DNA of 63,078 bases, filler included, from Collodictyon triciliatum (GCA_043381765.1; 7 parts of 7 records of this genome joined end to end with filler, not necessarily neighbours in it); one strand, 5' to 3'. Shown: positions 21,884 to 35,542, numbered from the whole stretch's first letter. Notes: generated from the letters alone by a model not told the origin. A program made the numbers and translations.

Positions 21884-23534
21884 ATGTCCAAATCAGAAGT
21901 CTACTCTGTCGAGGCGATTCTTGATCGGAAGAAGGAGAAGGTATCCTGAGACGTCCTGGTTTCTCTCCTTCGCAATTCGACTTAAGACTTAAATACATAA
22001 ATCCACATATCAACATAAACAGTTTTTGAGAGCTACAAATAGAGATGATAAAAATAATAATGAAAAAACATTACAATAAGAAACCCCTTATACCAATCTA
22101 CCTTTCGTTTCTTTTCTTTCTCTTCTTTCTCTTCTTTCTCTTCTTTCTTTTCTTTCTCTTCTTTCTTTTCTTTCTCTTCTTTCTTTTCTTTCTCTTCTTT
22201 CTTTTCTTTCTCTTCTTTCTTTTCTTTCTCTTCTTTCTCTTCTTTCTTTTCTTTCTTTTCTTTCTCTTCTTTCTCTTCTTTCTCTTCTTTCTTTTCTTTC
22301 TTTTCTTTCTCTTCTTTCTCTTCTTTCTCTTCTTTCTCTTCTTTCTCTTCTTTCTCTTCTTTCTCTTCTTTCTCTTCTTTCTCTTCTTTCTCTTCTTTCT
22401 CTCTCTTCTTTCTCTTCTTTCTCTTCTTTCTCTTCTTTCTCTTCTTTCTCTTCTTTCTCTTCTTTCTCTTCTTTCTCTTCTTTCTCTTCTTTCTCTTCTT
22501 TCTCTTCTTTCTTTATAATTACGCGACACATTTTTCTTCATCTTGCTTTTTTTTCAAAATAATAATAATAATGCCATAGAATCGCTGGATGTATCTCCTC
22601 AAGTGGGTTGGATACGACGAGCCAACATGGGAAAGTGAAAAGAACCTAATTGGGTGCGAAAGTCTAGTTGAGGATTTTCTCCAGGGACAAAAGGGAGAAG
22701 GAGCTGGCGAACCTGACTTCTCACCAAAGCAACCTCCAAACAAACGAACTCCTCGAACAAAGAGACGAAGCACTGATTCTTCAAGTCAACCATCTTCCTC
22801 ATCACGCCGCAGAACCATGCCAGAAGACGTACCGTCTCCTTCCCAGCCCAAACTCAAGCAAGACGAAGCCAAACGACAATTGGATTTTAGTTCAGAGCCC
22901 ACATCAGGTTTTCTTTCTGCTCAATTTAAGGTCAAATCAATTCACTTTGAATCGAATAAAGGAAGAAAAAAAAAGGCCAAATCAATTCACCACAATAAGC
23001 AAGCGCATGTGATGCTTAACACATAGTATACATTTGTTTACATTTAAGACTCTCTTTTTCTGAATCAGCTGACCAGATGGAGAGCAGCAAAGAGCCAACA
23101 GGCGACTCAAACACGAATTCCGCACCTGGTCCGAGTTTTACTTTGCGCTGCTTCGTCCCCTCTAACGATTTTGCATTTTCGGGTGAGCCTGAAAAGGTCG
23201 TTGCTGCCTACGTTATTGATGAAGAGCTGTATCTTGGTGTCAAGTGGTATTTATTCCTTCATATTATGATCTATCCTTCTCCTCCGACTCCTCCTCCAAC
23301 TCCTCCTCTATCTCACTGCATTGTCTATATCCAGTCATCCAAAACCCTTGTTATGGGCGTATGTCACAATTAATTAATGAAATTTTTGGTGTTAGTCATG
23401 AAGAATCATCTGAAGTTCTCTTCTACAAGTCTAGCGCTCTCCGTCACAAGATTCCACTCCTCCTCATCGATTACTATGAATCACGCCTTAAGTTCAGCAG
23501 TATCCCTGCTGCAAGTTTTACAAAGACACAATAG
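21884..23534 (+). CDS. HP1: HP1-like protein (chromodomain + hinge + chromoshadow domain); 4 exons
   Basis: MSKSEVYSVEAILDRKKEK|NRWMYLLKWVGYDEPTWESEKNLIGCESLVEDF (aromatic cage present); basic hinge; EPEKVVAA..ELYLGVKW|...LRHKIPLLLIDYYESRLKF; TAG at 23532-23534. Confidence 0.9.
22110..22513. repeat. (TTCTTTCTC)n 9-bp polypyrimidine array in HP1 intron 1
   Basis: About 400 bp, about 45 copies. Confidence 0.95.
22928..22990 (+). mobile_element. Ultra-short retroposed insert, family A, with 18-bp TSD
   Basis: AAGGTCAAATCAATTCAC [TTTGAATCGAATAAAGGAAGAAAAAAA] AAGGCCAAATCAATTCAC. Confidence 0.8.
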
Positions 23535-23759
23535 CCACAACACCAACCTCTTTATCAGAGGTTTAACATTCATGACAAAGTTTCTACGCCTATCAGTCCT
23601 TAACAAACCACACTGATGCATTCTCGTTTATGCCAAATAAGACCCTAAATCTTACGCAAATAGCAGTGCTCGAATTGTATTCATATGCCTGGTTTTACAC
23701 AGTTCAAGTTTTTTTTCCTTTATACGATCCAAGTGTAGGAAGGGATTTATACAGTTGAA

Positions 23760-26700
23760 GTTATTTATTGAGTCTACTTCTTATCCAGTGCCATATTTTG
23801 TTTGTGAGTGTGTTCCTTGTTTTGATACGAATCATGCAGGGTACCACAAGGTATTTATAATAAGTTGCTGAGAGAAGTCGATGTGATACTTTGTTCTCTT
23901 CGTCGTTATTGAAACTGCGAGCTCTTGGGTATTACAGCACTCAGTGGTATTATATGTACAATAAGCGAAATAATAATCTTGCAAAGGCAAAAGTTATTGT
24001 CTTCTAGACAGACAATTTGCTCAATCTCGTTGCGCAGGTTGACAGTATCTGTATAAATCCTAATGAGGCGAACAACATTTCTTTTCAGTCTCTCATTCAA
24101 TCCTTGTTTTTAAAAATAGAGTGAATGAGAATAAAGTGAGGGGAAAAAAGTGGTGAATGAAGAAAAAAAAAAAGAAGGAAAAGCTTATCAATATAAGTGT
24201 CTGACTTATGAGATGATTGTATTCCATGTAAATCTTCTCTTCAACACAGGTTGCACAAAACACCAAGGCAAATCAGTCATCCATGTTTGTAGATGTACTG
24301 AATAAGTCTCGCACGGAAATCGAGTGTATGAATGGAATGATTGTTTGTGTTCGCTTATTCCATTGCTCCTCTAGTTTTGATTTAAGGACAAGGACAATGG
24401 CTCAATTCCATGCGCAGAAAATGTCTGATAACACACATTAAAAAAATAATAATCTTCATCTCCTGTAAACCTGTGCAGGTACGAGAGTCTAAGGCGTTGG
24501 GCCTCCTCTGCCCAGAAAATACCTCTGTCTACGAAGAAATTAGGCAGAACGAACGCACTTACGAGGCATGATGCTGGCTTCATCAATATGCATTAAAGAT
24601 ATCATACGTTGCAGGTTAAGCGCTCTTTCACTCATGATTTTTAAGGTCATATGTGTGTATAGGTATATTTGATACGAACCTTACAAAAAAAAATTGATAT
24701 AATATCGAAATGTGCTTAACCTATTACGTTTATCAGTTTATTGATAGCAATACCAAAACACTGTATTGGATGGGGAGTAGTTCATTTTGAAGAATTGGTA
24801 GACGTCAATAAATACACATAAAAGAGAACATGTTTGCTTTGCTTGGTTTCCGAGTGGCGTATGCTGGTTATGTATTTTTTTGGGTCAAGAGCATGAAATA
24901 TGTCGTGATTTTTTAGAGCCGTGTTTGACTCATCACATCCACAAGTCAGTTCCCATGTAGAGAAACTTTGCAGGCTTCATCGTGCTCATGAATTTGTCGA
25001 TTTCATACTCTGTCTCCAAAACAATATCCTCAACCTTTTCCAGTTCTTCATCTTCCTCATCAACTGCGCCAAATCGTGAGATTATAAATTGGTTCATATG
25101 AGATGGGGTGAGAAATGAGGAAAATGTGATTAAAAACATAGCGATATATTTTTAAGAATTTGTTCATGTATGTTCACCTTTATGTTGAAATCCTTTGTGG
25201 ACACACTTTCCAGTTGCATTGGGAAGAATAGGAGACCTTCGAGAGATGTGGGATATGTCGGGCCTAACGAGATACAATAGAATTATGCGAGAATGGCAGC
25301 AGTACTAGAAAGTTTCACAAGATATGATTGCATGAAACAACCAACCTGCTAACATCCAGTGAAATATCTTTTGATGCATCCAGGTGGTGCTGGTATGGAC
25401 TGCCGCTTCTTCTTTCCAACTTTTGTCGCAAAATAAAGAATAAAAAGGGGAAGGTTGAGAAAAGTATCGCTCCTGCGCCTTCCATATGCTATAATTTTGC
25501 GTCATAAATTGTAGCAGGAAGAAAAACGAGAGAAAAAGAAAGGAAGAGTGGAGTATTTTTAGATTACAAATATATAATAATGGTAAAACCTGCTCTCTGG
25601 ATAGTTTTTTTCGGGAAATATTCTCAGAGTATATCCTGTGTCTTTCCAACACTTTAATTCGCTCCAACTCTTTTTCTTTTTTCTGGTCTCTCTCCACTTT
25701 CTTTCTAGTTCTTTCCATGTCTGATATATCATGAAGTGTCAGATGGTTGTATTTTGCTAGGCTTTCTTAAATAGGCATGATTTAATATGTTTGCATGATT
25801 TTTTTTAACGATAAGAAGAAAGAAATCCAAAAATACATACCTCTTGTAAGGAAGTTCGGAATAGCTAAATCTTTTGTTCTGCTGACAGAATATGCAGATA
25901 CGCTGTCGTCACCAGATCGCTGAGACTGCGTAGATTTCGGTGCCGATGAAGCCCGCTGATTAACATGGCAGTTCAATCGGTACCCACCAACATCGGCAAG
26001 TTTCTAAATGAAGCATTTTATGTGATGGTCTATTCAAGGAAAGTAAGTCTGACAAAAAGATAAAATCAAAAATTGGCATTCATCGAACAAAAATGACACA
26101 ATATTTTTTTTATTCAGTAAGAAACGTCATGATTGAATTCGCATACGTTCGTTGTATATGCTCCATCTACCCGGTTTGATGGCCTGTTGCATGGTTTTAG
26201 TGTTATATATTGGTATGTAAGGCCAATCCTTACTATTTGATTGCCTATCATTTTTATTCTGCCTTTCAATTTGTGTGAGATGTGATTTTTTAAGGTGTAT
26301 TTTCTTGATGATATTTTCGAATCTAACTGAAATTAAGAGCACTTTCCACACACACTTACAACAAGGCAGCTTATTGGATGGAAGTAAATCCTCTTATTAT
26401 AAAAGTTTAGACTTACCAGAACCATTTACGTGCCACTATGTCTTCAGGACTTCCTCCAAACTTGTATTTTTGATATTGAGTGGCTTCCTAACCATCCGAA
26501 TTGAAATATGACCAATATTGATAAAGAAATATTGAGTAGGAAATAAGAAAATACACAAAACCCATTCGACTTTCCAGCTGGACAAGAGAGAGACAAAAGC
26601 AACACAATATATTAATGGCGAATGTATACTTTGGGTTTTTTTTTAAAAAAAAAAATATAATAATACACCCTATCAATTAATATATAGGATGATTTTTGAG

Positions 26701-26928
26701 AATATCGGATCGAAAAGAAAGAATGCATAAAAAAAAAAAAAGAACTCGTTGCGAGCGATCGGAAACTCTGATATTTAAGAATAAGCGAGTGGAGTGCGTA
26801 GATAGATCGAGAGATGGGTATTTAAATCACTTACCTTGCCATCGGGAGACATGTGCCGAACAGGCAACTCTGAAAATCTGGACACTCTCAAAGTCATCTC
26901 TCGAACCTGCGTCGTGAGATGGAGCCAT
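23760..26928 (-). CDS. Multi-exon gene of unknown function with a charged coiled-coil-like segment
   Basis: Series of GT-AG-bounded coding blocks (MERTRKKVERDQKKEKELERIK; VDEEDEELEKVEDIVLETEYEIDKF; LNERLKRNVVRLIRIYTD); ends approximate. Confidence 0.55.
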
Positions 26929-27882
26929 TGAGTACGCCCAAAATCAACTTGGAATTCATTCAACACAGCACAACAGGATGAAACAAAGGATCGCAACTTT
27001 CGCTCAAGGCGAGAGTGGGCAACAGTATGAGCCGAAAACAAAAAAAAAACATGAATTAAATGAGAAGAAGGAAAAAAAAAGACTGGGGCTGGGATATCGT
27101 CATCAATGAATAAACATGGGAGTACTTCTTGCGCGCCCCGGCTCGTCTCTTCACAGACTTCCGGATCACACTTGATCAAAAAGGCTGCGATCACAGACAT
27201 GATAACAAAAAAGGAAAGGCGCACACTAACGTTTTTCAAATTTGGAATTTATATTATAATTTGTTAAGAATTACTAATAAGGTGTTTTTATAATTTTGTA
27301 TCTTACATTATATTGATTTATAATAATAATAATAATAATAGTAATAATTAATTGATAGCTTGTTCAATACAACTTCAATGAATATAGTCTTAAAGAGACA
27401 CTTTTGTTCAATCACATGATGTTCTCATAACCTAAAATTGGAATTTAACAAAGCCCGTTTCGCAAACAAAAAACAGGAAAATTAAATCACCTCGACTCGC
27501 GTCGAAAATCCGGCGGCTGTTTTTCCAACTAATCGGCCTTAAAAGAAGGAGACGATCGCAGGGACACCAAAGAGAAATCCCGGAATAACTCTTCGAAAGA
27601 CGACTTTGACTGGAGAATCACATGAATGAAAATAGCATTTGAATGGCCATTTTTGCTCCACACCTTATTTTTTTCTTCTAATGAATGTCTTTATCCTTCG
27701 CACTTTTTTTTTATGTCGCTACCCAGCAATTCTGGTGGACTAAGAAAAAAAACAACAACAAAAAAAAAAAGCTTTACAGGATTATTTTCGAATCTCTTAA
27801 TGAAAGATGTTCTCATCGTAGGATTTTCAACACATCCTTTCTCTTGGATAAGGCGACATTCGATAGCAGTCACAAACAAGGA

Positions 27883-30527
27883 ATGTGTATGTAAAACAGT
27901 TTACCTATCTGGATATCACTCCGCCACCGGTTTACACAGACTTTTATTTATTTGCTTGACAGATTATACTCCATATCATAGAAACCATAACACAGTCATT
28001 TTGTTTCAATGTATCGATAATTGTGCAAGAGGATTCTGAAAAACAAAAAGAAAAACAAAAAAACAAAATAAGCAATCATAGAGTCAGGTTTTTTTAAATA
28101 ACCAAAAGCAACCTTTGCAGCGGAATCTCTCTACTCCATCGCCGTTCTAATCGACGAGTTGAAAAACGAGGACTCTGCTGTGCGACTAAACTCTGTCCGC
28201 AAATTACCTGACATTGCGCGTGTTCTTGGCCCCGACCGTACACGAAATGAGTTGATGCCATACATCCAAGGTTAAATACATACCTTGTCCTTGTATGCTG
28301 TGAAAATATTTTGCTCATAGTGTTCATGTAATATCGCTTTATTATGCCTACATGGAAATATATCAACCAGCATATGGCAATATTCAGCCAACCTACTTTT
28401 CTTCGAATCATATATCCTTTCGGTAGCGTGAAAGCCTTGTTATCTGCATATGTAATAATCCATGAAAATCAACGCACGACAGATTCCACGGATGACGAGG
28501 ACATTGGAGCGGCACTTGCAGAGGAACTTGGAAATCTGATTGATGGCGTGGGCGGGCCAAATCACTCTGGTTTTCTGGTTGCCCCCTTAGAGACTCTCGG
28601 CGGTGTTGAAGAAATCGCTATTCGCGACAAGGTTTGGTAGATTATAATAGAATAATGTATCCAATGATTTGTTAATATTTCGTTCTATCCGTATATATTC
28701 ATGCATATGCCCATTTTGCTGCCATTTAACTTCGTTATATAGATGTAAAAATCAAAAAGTTAGAACACTAAAAATATACATTAGGCCATGGAATCTCTCT
28801 GTAAAATCATCGACCGGATGCCCAATGAGGTTGTAGCAGAGCATATTATTCCTGCTATAAAGCGCATGAGCAATAATGAGTGGTTCTCTTCGAAGGCAGC
28901 TGTCTGCTCCATATTTGCAGCCACTTACCCTAAGGCTGGTGGATTCAAATCTGATTTGCGCAGGTATAAATACCATACGGGATTTTCGAGAAGAAATAAA
29001 AAGGACCCCCCTTCATTCATACCAATGTATTAGCCTTTCATGAACAATCCATGCATCAAAAAATCCCACGAATGTTATAGTCTCTTCGGCGAGTTGTGCT
29101 CCGATGAAACACCTATAGTTCGAAGAGCAGCAGCTTCGAATATTGTGGTAAAATTTGTCATGGAATTTTTTTCCTTTATGTGATTCATAGATTTGCCATG
29201 GAAACTTGATTCCTATTTCTCATGAAGCCATCTTTCGATTAAATTCCATTTTCACACGATTAATATTTATCCCACGATATACCATGTTATTCCCAGAAAC
29301 TTGTTAAGCAACTAGAAAGAGAGTTTGTAAAGGGTGAGTTTGTGCAACACCTGAACAAGTTGGCGCATGACGAGCAGGACTCTGTTCGTTTGTTAAGTAT
29401 TGAGGGATGTATTGCTATTGGCACCCTGTTGACACCAGAAGAGAACGCGTCATCTCTTCTTCCTATTATTCGTTTATGCTCGGGGGATAAATCCTGGAGG
29501 GTTCGGTATATGGTTGCCAACCACTATCACGAGGTTTACCTTCGGAACTTATTTGATTGATATACGCTTGGTGTAGACATGAATGACTTGCTTAATTTTT
29601 TAGTCTATTTAATCTTTTTATTACATGATACCAGCTTAATTCTCGACTCGGTCAATATTTTGGATAGATAATCATGATATTCTTGTTTACCATGCCATCA
29701 CTCTAAATGAAACACAGGTATGCAAAATTATCCCACCTGAAAACATCAAGACCGAGCTTGTACCGGCTTTCGTCAAGTTATTGAAAGATGGAGAGCCCGA
29801 GGTCAAGGCAGCAGCTTCTTCAAAAGGTAATCATGATATGAAGTGAACAGAAAAGCAAATAGATAAATAGATACTCTGCTCTGCAGAATATCCAATATTT
29901 TATTTCCGAAAGACTTTCATGCTCAATTAAATACGGGTCCATACAGTTGCTAGTTTCTGCTCCAACCTGGCACCTGAAGTGATAGTCAAGCAAATTATAT
30001 CATGCGTTCGCGAGCTAACAGGAGACCCCTCCCAACATGTTCGAGGTTTAAATATATTCTATTTTCATCGTTTCTGGCTATTTCTTTTTCCATTCGGGAC
30101 GTTCTTTAATATGTTGATTTACTTGCTTCCTCGCTACACTTTGAACCGAATAAAGGGAAAAAAAATGTTGATTTACTTGGTTTGAAAGGCAAAAATTGTT
30201 TTTTCGAATAACCGCACTACAGACGATTTCTTGTCATTTTAATATCCACTTTATTAATTTTCCTGTTTTAATTTACATGTTCTAATATATAATATAGCAT
30301 CGCTAGCATCTGTTATTGTGGCTCTTGGGGCTCCACTGAGCCGAAACGTTGTAATTGATAACCTATTGCCTTTGATTTTGCAACTCCTCAAAGACGAGTC
30401 GTCTGAAGTTCGGCTCAATGTCATCTCGAAGCTGGATTTGATGAATCAATCCGTTGGCTTAGACCTCTTGTCCCAGGTCTTTTAATTTCCTTTTTTTTTT
30501 TTTTTTTTTTATTATCAATAATTTTTA

Positions 30528-30572
<45 letters not shown>

Positions 30573-31881
30573 CAATAACTTTGAAGCGATTGTCATTTAT
30601 TATTTAGCGTATGAATACTAGTCCATCATCGATTATTTGTAGTGTACCTTATGTTATCCGTCTCAGAAAGAACAATATTCTATGACAATAAACTCATCTT
30701 AAAATCCTCTTGAAAATTATCTAGTCCTTGCTACCAGCGATTATTGAGCTCGCTGACGATAAGCAATGGAGAATCAGACTCGCTATCATCGAGCAGATGC
30801 CACTTTTGGCGAACTTGCTTGGCTCCCGTTTCTTTGACGAAAAATTCAACAACCTTTGCACTTCTTGGCTTGGTGACCCGGTGCACGCTGTTCGTGAAGC
30901 AGCCACCCTGAACCTCAAGAAGCTCTCTGAATCATTTGGTTTGCGTTCGTTTATTAACAAATCCAAAAAAAAAAATCATTTGTTTAGTTCATCGCTCTCG
31001 AACATAATATATAGTCATGTATTACCTCTTTCTCTAGTAACGTTTCAGAGTTCTGACGTTTAAGTATGCCTTTCAACGACACAGGTGCTGATTGGACAAG
31101 GGCGAACGTAATTCCAAAGATTCTTATCATATCACAGCACCCAAATTATCTTTATAGAATGACAACACTTCTGGCAATCCAAACTCTGTACCAAACAGCT
31201 ACGCTAGACGTCATCTCTGCTGTTTTTATCCCGGTCCTAACAAAGTATGGCAGATATACATCACCTTCCTCAATTTATTTGTCTATATATAATAGTAAGG
31301 AAAACAAAACAGAAAAAAAGGACGAATTACACTTTACTCTCCAATGAAGTAGATATTCTTTTTTTTTTTCTTCTTCTTCCCTTTATTCGATTCAAAGGAG
31401 TAGATATTCTTTTTTATTACTTTTATAAGGCTGCTTTTTTTTCTCTCGAAATTAACAACCTCGCCTTTTTGATATGTTATCTAATATAAGGCGGTAATTT
31501 CTAACGGAGTGAATACCCCTTTCATAGATTGACGAACGACCCTGTCCCAAATATTCGTCTTAACGTTTCGAAAACAATACAGACTCTTGTTCCATCGATG
31601 GACTCAGCCACATGTGCGTCATTCACTTGTTCATCATATGTGTTGGGATGCTGGATATACCCGCTACATTTTTTGAATGATGATGAAATTAATCACACAA
31701 CCACGAATACGCATCTATTTGATAGTTGTTTTCTACTTTTAGGTAAGAATATATATTACAACTTATTCTCACGAAATATTAAACTGTAGCGCAACAAGTC
31801 AAATCACTAGTCTCACGCTTGGTGAATGACCCGGATAAGGATGTGGCATTCTTCGCATCGCAAGCATTACAACGATTCTGA
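27883..31881 (+). CDS. PPP2R1: Protein phosphatase 2A scaffold subunit A (PR65, HEAT repeats); 13 exons
   Basis: ATG T|gtatgt..ag|CG gives [94 protein letters not shown] at 31879-31881. Confidence 0.96.
30111..30179 (+). mobile_element. Ultra-short retroposed insert, family A (longest copy), with 15-bp TSD
   Basis: ATGTTGATTTACTTG [CTTCCTCGCTACACTTTGAACCGAATAAAGGGAAAAAAA] ATGTTGATTTACTTG. Confidence 0.82.
31348..31415 (-). mobile_element. Ultra-short retroposed insert, family A, with up to 17-bp TSD
   Basis: AGTAGATATTCTTTTTT occurs on both sides; the minus-strand insert reads CCTTTGAATCGAATAAAGGGAAGAAGAAGAAAAA. Confidence 0.82.
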
Positions 31882-31924
31882 TAAAACATTTTCACTTGTT
31901 TCTTTTCTTTTCCTTTTCCCTTTC

Positions 31925-31971
31925 TTTTCCTTTTTTTTTTTTTCCTTTATTCGATTCAAAGTTTTCCTTTT
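31925..31971 (-). mobile_element. Family A insert just 3' of the PP2A-A stop
   Basis: Minus strand CTTTGAATCGAATAAAGG + A tail; low-complexity TTTTCCTTTT on both sides (possible TSD). Confidence 0.7.
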
Positions 31972-32195
31972 CTTTTTAGTTATGATTACTATTGCATGAG
32001 CGACGATGCCAAGCTATGGAGTCAGAGATATTGTTTCTCAGATATTTAGCCTATTTCCCCCCGCGTTCATTCGCGCGATATTATCTTTCCTTCCCCTCAT
32101 AAACTGACAATATGCCGTTAGCGACTTATATCATGCACCCGAAAGGTGGGCTGAGGAGCACATTTTACCTTGTTCATCATTTTTTTGAAAAGTTT

Positions 32196-32323
32196 TACAA
32201 AAGCAATGGTGCGCCAGATACCAAAGAAAGAGGATGCAACTGACCTCAGAGACTGGCGCCCGATATCGCTGCTCAACAACGACTACAAGATATTTGCCAC
32301 AATCCTAAGAAACCGAATCTCTG
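32196..32323 (+). mobile_element. Non-LTR retrotransposon reverse transcriptase fragment (L1/Tx1-like), 5'-truncated and cut by contig end
   Basis: IPKKEDATDLRDWRPISLLNNDYKIFATILRNRI is the canonical LINE RT motif. Confidence 0.92.
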
Positions 32324-32423
32324 NNNNNNNNNNNNNNNNNNNNNNNNNNNNNNNNNNNNNNNNNNNNTTAATTAATTAANNNNNNNNNNNNNNNNNNNNN
32401 NNNNNNNNNNNNNNNNNNNNNNN
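32324..32423. other. Artificial contig spacer
   Basis: N44-TTAATTAATTAA-N44. Confidence 0.98.
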
Positions 32424-32739
32424 CACAGAGGGATAGCTTTGCATAGGGAGCTTGGAGGCTGCGCTGCGGTGAGTGTGAAGAGCATAAACAGGGAGAGCAA
32501 ACAGAGCCCCTTTTGTTTTTTTAACCAGGTAGTACTATCTTCTTCTTCTATACAATAAATTTGGACTTTCCGTTACAAGATGTAAAACGTGAAACGTGAG
32601 TTGTGAGTTGTGTTAATAATGTGCCAAAAAATTTTACGCTTGGGTGGTACAAAAAGATGTCCACTTGCTTTTTTAAGCTTCAGAATACCATACATAAGAT
32701 TCAGTGAGCATACTAAGCACACAAAGCGTACAAAGCATC

Positions 32740-32912
32740 TCGCCCGAAAAAATGAGAATGCGCGTTGTGAGAAAAGTCGATCTTCGCCCAAAAAAATGAG
32801 AAAGCGGGGTGTGAGAAAAGTCGATCTTCGCCCAAAAAAATGAGAAAGCGGGGTGTGAGAAAAGTCGATCTTCGCCCGAAAAAAAAGAGAATGCGCGTCG
32901 TGAGAAAAGTTG
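32740..32912. repeat. About 44-bp minisatellite, 4 copies
   Basis: Unit approx AAAAAATGAGAA(T/A)GCG(C/G)G(T/G)TGTGAGAAAAGTCGATCTTCGCCC. Confidence 0.9.
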
Positions 32913-33380
32913 TCTTTCGGTGGTTTATAGGTTGAGCCATGATGATAATTTCCCTTTTACACATTTCATTTCGTCAAAGAGGATTAGTTTAAGGTAAGAA
33001 GAGCATTTTTTTTTTATTTGTTTTTGTTTCTTCAACATTCATTCCATCAAAACATAAGCAAGAGTATTTTGATCGTCTGAAGTATAATAGGTGACGACGA
33101 TGCTGATTCCCAAAATTGAATTAAATAAAAAAAACTATGAAGAAAAAAGAGGCCGTTAAATGAGGAGCACGATAAACGGGGAAAGAAGCGAGGGAGAGAA
33201 AAAGGGCTCTTGCAAAACTCAAAAGGCAAAATGAGTTGCGTGAAGAAAGGGAAATCAAAAAGAGAAAATAACGAAATAGAAAAGTGGAAGGTGAAATAAT
33301 CAAAAAAAAAAGTAAATGGAGTTTAAGATGTACTGAACTTTTTTTTTATAAATGTATTCATGTAACAGCTCCTGATGAGA

Positions 33381-33598
33381 TATGACACGGGATTATGGCA
33401 CGGGATTATGTCGCGGGATTTTGAATCGGGATTATGACACGAGGTTATGCTACGGGATTATGCCACGGGATTATGACACGGGATTACGATACTGGATTAT
33501 GACACGGGATTATGCTACGGGGTTATGATACTGGATTATTACACGGGATTGTGACACGGGATTTGTCACGGGATTATGATACGTGATAATGACGTCAT
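33381..33598. repeat. 13-bp minisatellite, about 16 diverged copies
   Basis: Consensus GGGATTATGACAC. Confidence 0.9.
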
Positions 33599-34324
33599 AA
33601 ATCAAGGGTTTACTATATCACTGGGCGGGATGGTTTGTGTTTGTATCATATATGATTTTCTCTTTTTCTTTTTTCATTTTTTCATTTTTTCATTTTTTTT
33701 CTTTTCTCTTTTTTTCTTTTTTCTTTTTTCTTTTTTCTTTCCCCTGTGCGAAGCACGGGTACCACAGCTAGTAAATAAATAAATTCTTTTTGAGCATGAA
33801 CCTCTTTAAAAAAAAAGTAGATTTACTAATTGCGACGCACAAAAAACCTACCAGAACCATGAACAAAAACAAAACAGATAGCTATTACCTGCCAAGAGAA
33901 GCCAGAAGATGAGTAGCTTGACTTCCAAAACACATTCAGCAACATCCTTCTCCATGACCAAAAAAATGCAACCTCGACAAAGTTTGGACGCCGTTGATCA
34001 TATGATCGATAGTTTAATAAGGTCAGTCAGCAAAGGATTTTTTTTTTTATGTAGTTGAATGAAGCAGGTCTGATTCACTCGGCCCTATCGAAGTGTTTTT
34101 TTTTTTTTTGGAGGGGGGGGCATAGGGGAAGGAGATGAGCTGGGATATTTTGTAGTGATCGTTCGGATATGTCATTAAAGTGGTCGCATCAGACGACAAA
34201 CGCGATCTGCCCAAGAGTGTTGTGTCGCACCCGATATGAAACTTTGTTTGATCATGGAGGGAGTAGGTCATATTCTAGGTCACTTCTTTCATGTTTGCGA
34301 AGTTGGCTGCCCAACCTCGAATGT

Positions 34325-35542
34325 TTACTTAGCTTTAATGAATGAGTACTCTATATAACGGCCACCCTTTCCCTTAAAGTTGCGCGGGGCTAATGATCTT
34401 ATGTTGTTTCTATGGAACCATCTGAATCCGACACTGTTGAGTCTCTCGATGAAATGTGTTATCTAGGGATTTAGTGAGTTTAGTTACGAATGTTCAAAAG
34501 CCTCCCAATTACGTTCAAATACCTTCTCGGAGTAACCATCCTCAGGGTCAAAGTCAAAACCGTGAAACTCAAAGAATATCTGGTCTATCTGGAGTTTGTT
34601 GTGAATGATATCGTCGAGTAAACCCCATTCGCTGCCTTCAATGTCAACTTTACAGACATCCAGTCGTTTATGCCCAAGTGTCTTCATTATCGTTGATAGG
34701 CGAAATCTACAAATGATGAAGGTTAGCTCCTGACAGGATTATGTGCTTCAATCTGCAGGGTTGCTTACACAGGAAGCTCAATGACGTTTTGGTCAACAGG
34801 AGCGTTGTCTTTGACAGCAGAAAACTGCTTTCCTCTAGAGGGAACGCGAAATGTAATATTTCCATCCAGGTGGTATAACCCCCATCGATGAAACTTCCAA
34901 TTGATTGGCTTATCTCTGGCATGAATAATTTGTTAAAGCTTGAATGGTGTATTGCGGTATCAGAACTCTTACTTTGCATTCTCAAAGCAGCGTACTCCAG
35001 TAGGAGTGGGATCAAAAGCATGCACAGTGCAGCCAATTTCGTTAATCGCGGCCAGGTCAAATGCTGGATCATCACCAAGTCCAAAGCTATAGATCACACT
35101 CTCTTTCGTCAGACTTGGTATGATGCATGTTTCCCAGCCCCCTTCTCCCACTCCTTTATGCAGACGATGAGTTGAGACCCAAAATGATAAATACTCACAA
35201 AAATTATATGGAAAATAAAGAACGAACTGACCTAACCTATGGTGATTTGGGCACGTGTATTGAGGTCTGTACATGGTGGCATTTCGTCCGTACGGAGGAG
35301 TATATTCCTTTGAAGAGGTATTAGTCAATTACTTCCTAGGACGATGAACCCTTTTCATTTTAAAGTTAGAGTATTTAAAGTAAATGAAACCACGTGATAG
35401 GCATGAATTCAAGAGATACCTTCACTGCGTTTGCATCAGCGAAGGGGGGTTGTGTTCTTGTTTTTATATATATCAGGAGCGCACACAGTAGGACTAGTGT
35501 GCCTCCTATCTTGGCGACTGTAGCGCTGCTATGTCTTGGCAT
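34325..35542 (-). CDS. METTL24/Methyltransf_22 (FkbM-related) methyltransferase with N-terminal TM anchor; 6 exons
   Basis: MPRHSSATVAKIGGTLVLLCALLIYI; CPNHHRLGVGEGGWETC; VIYSFGLGDDPAFD; CTVHAFDPT; LGHKRLDVCKVDIEGSEW; QIFFEFH; IEYSF; TAA at 34325-34327. Confidence 0.9.

Noticed and set aside
21941-21950. GTATCCTG donor in HP1 intron 1 as a U12-type intron
   Set aside because: Does not match RTATCCTT fully, and there is no CCTTAAC-like branch site near the acceptor.
22045-22541. Long ORFs such as poly-FL, poly-KR/ER, poly-I/N/K, CLFV and HSLSF repeats in the ORF track
   Set aside because: These are translations of microsatellites or N runs inside introns, not genes.
32020-32166. Possible H/ACA snoRNA (ACAATA box, weak hairpins, terminal ACA)
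   Set aside because: Stems are weak and overlap the boxes; cannot be supported without a covariance-model search.
32740-33598. Tandem arrays as CRISPR or telomeric repeats
   Set aside because: No unique spacers and no cas genes in a eukaryotic context; GGGATT is TTAGGG reversed, not its complement.
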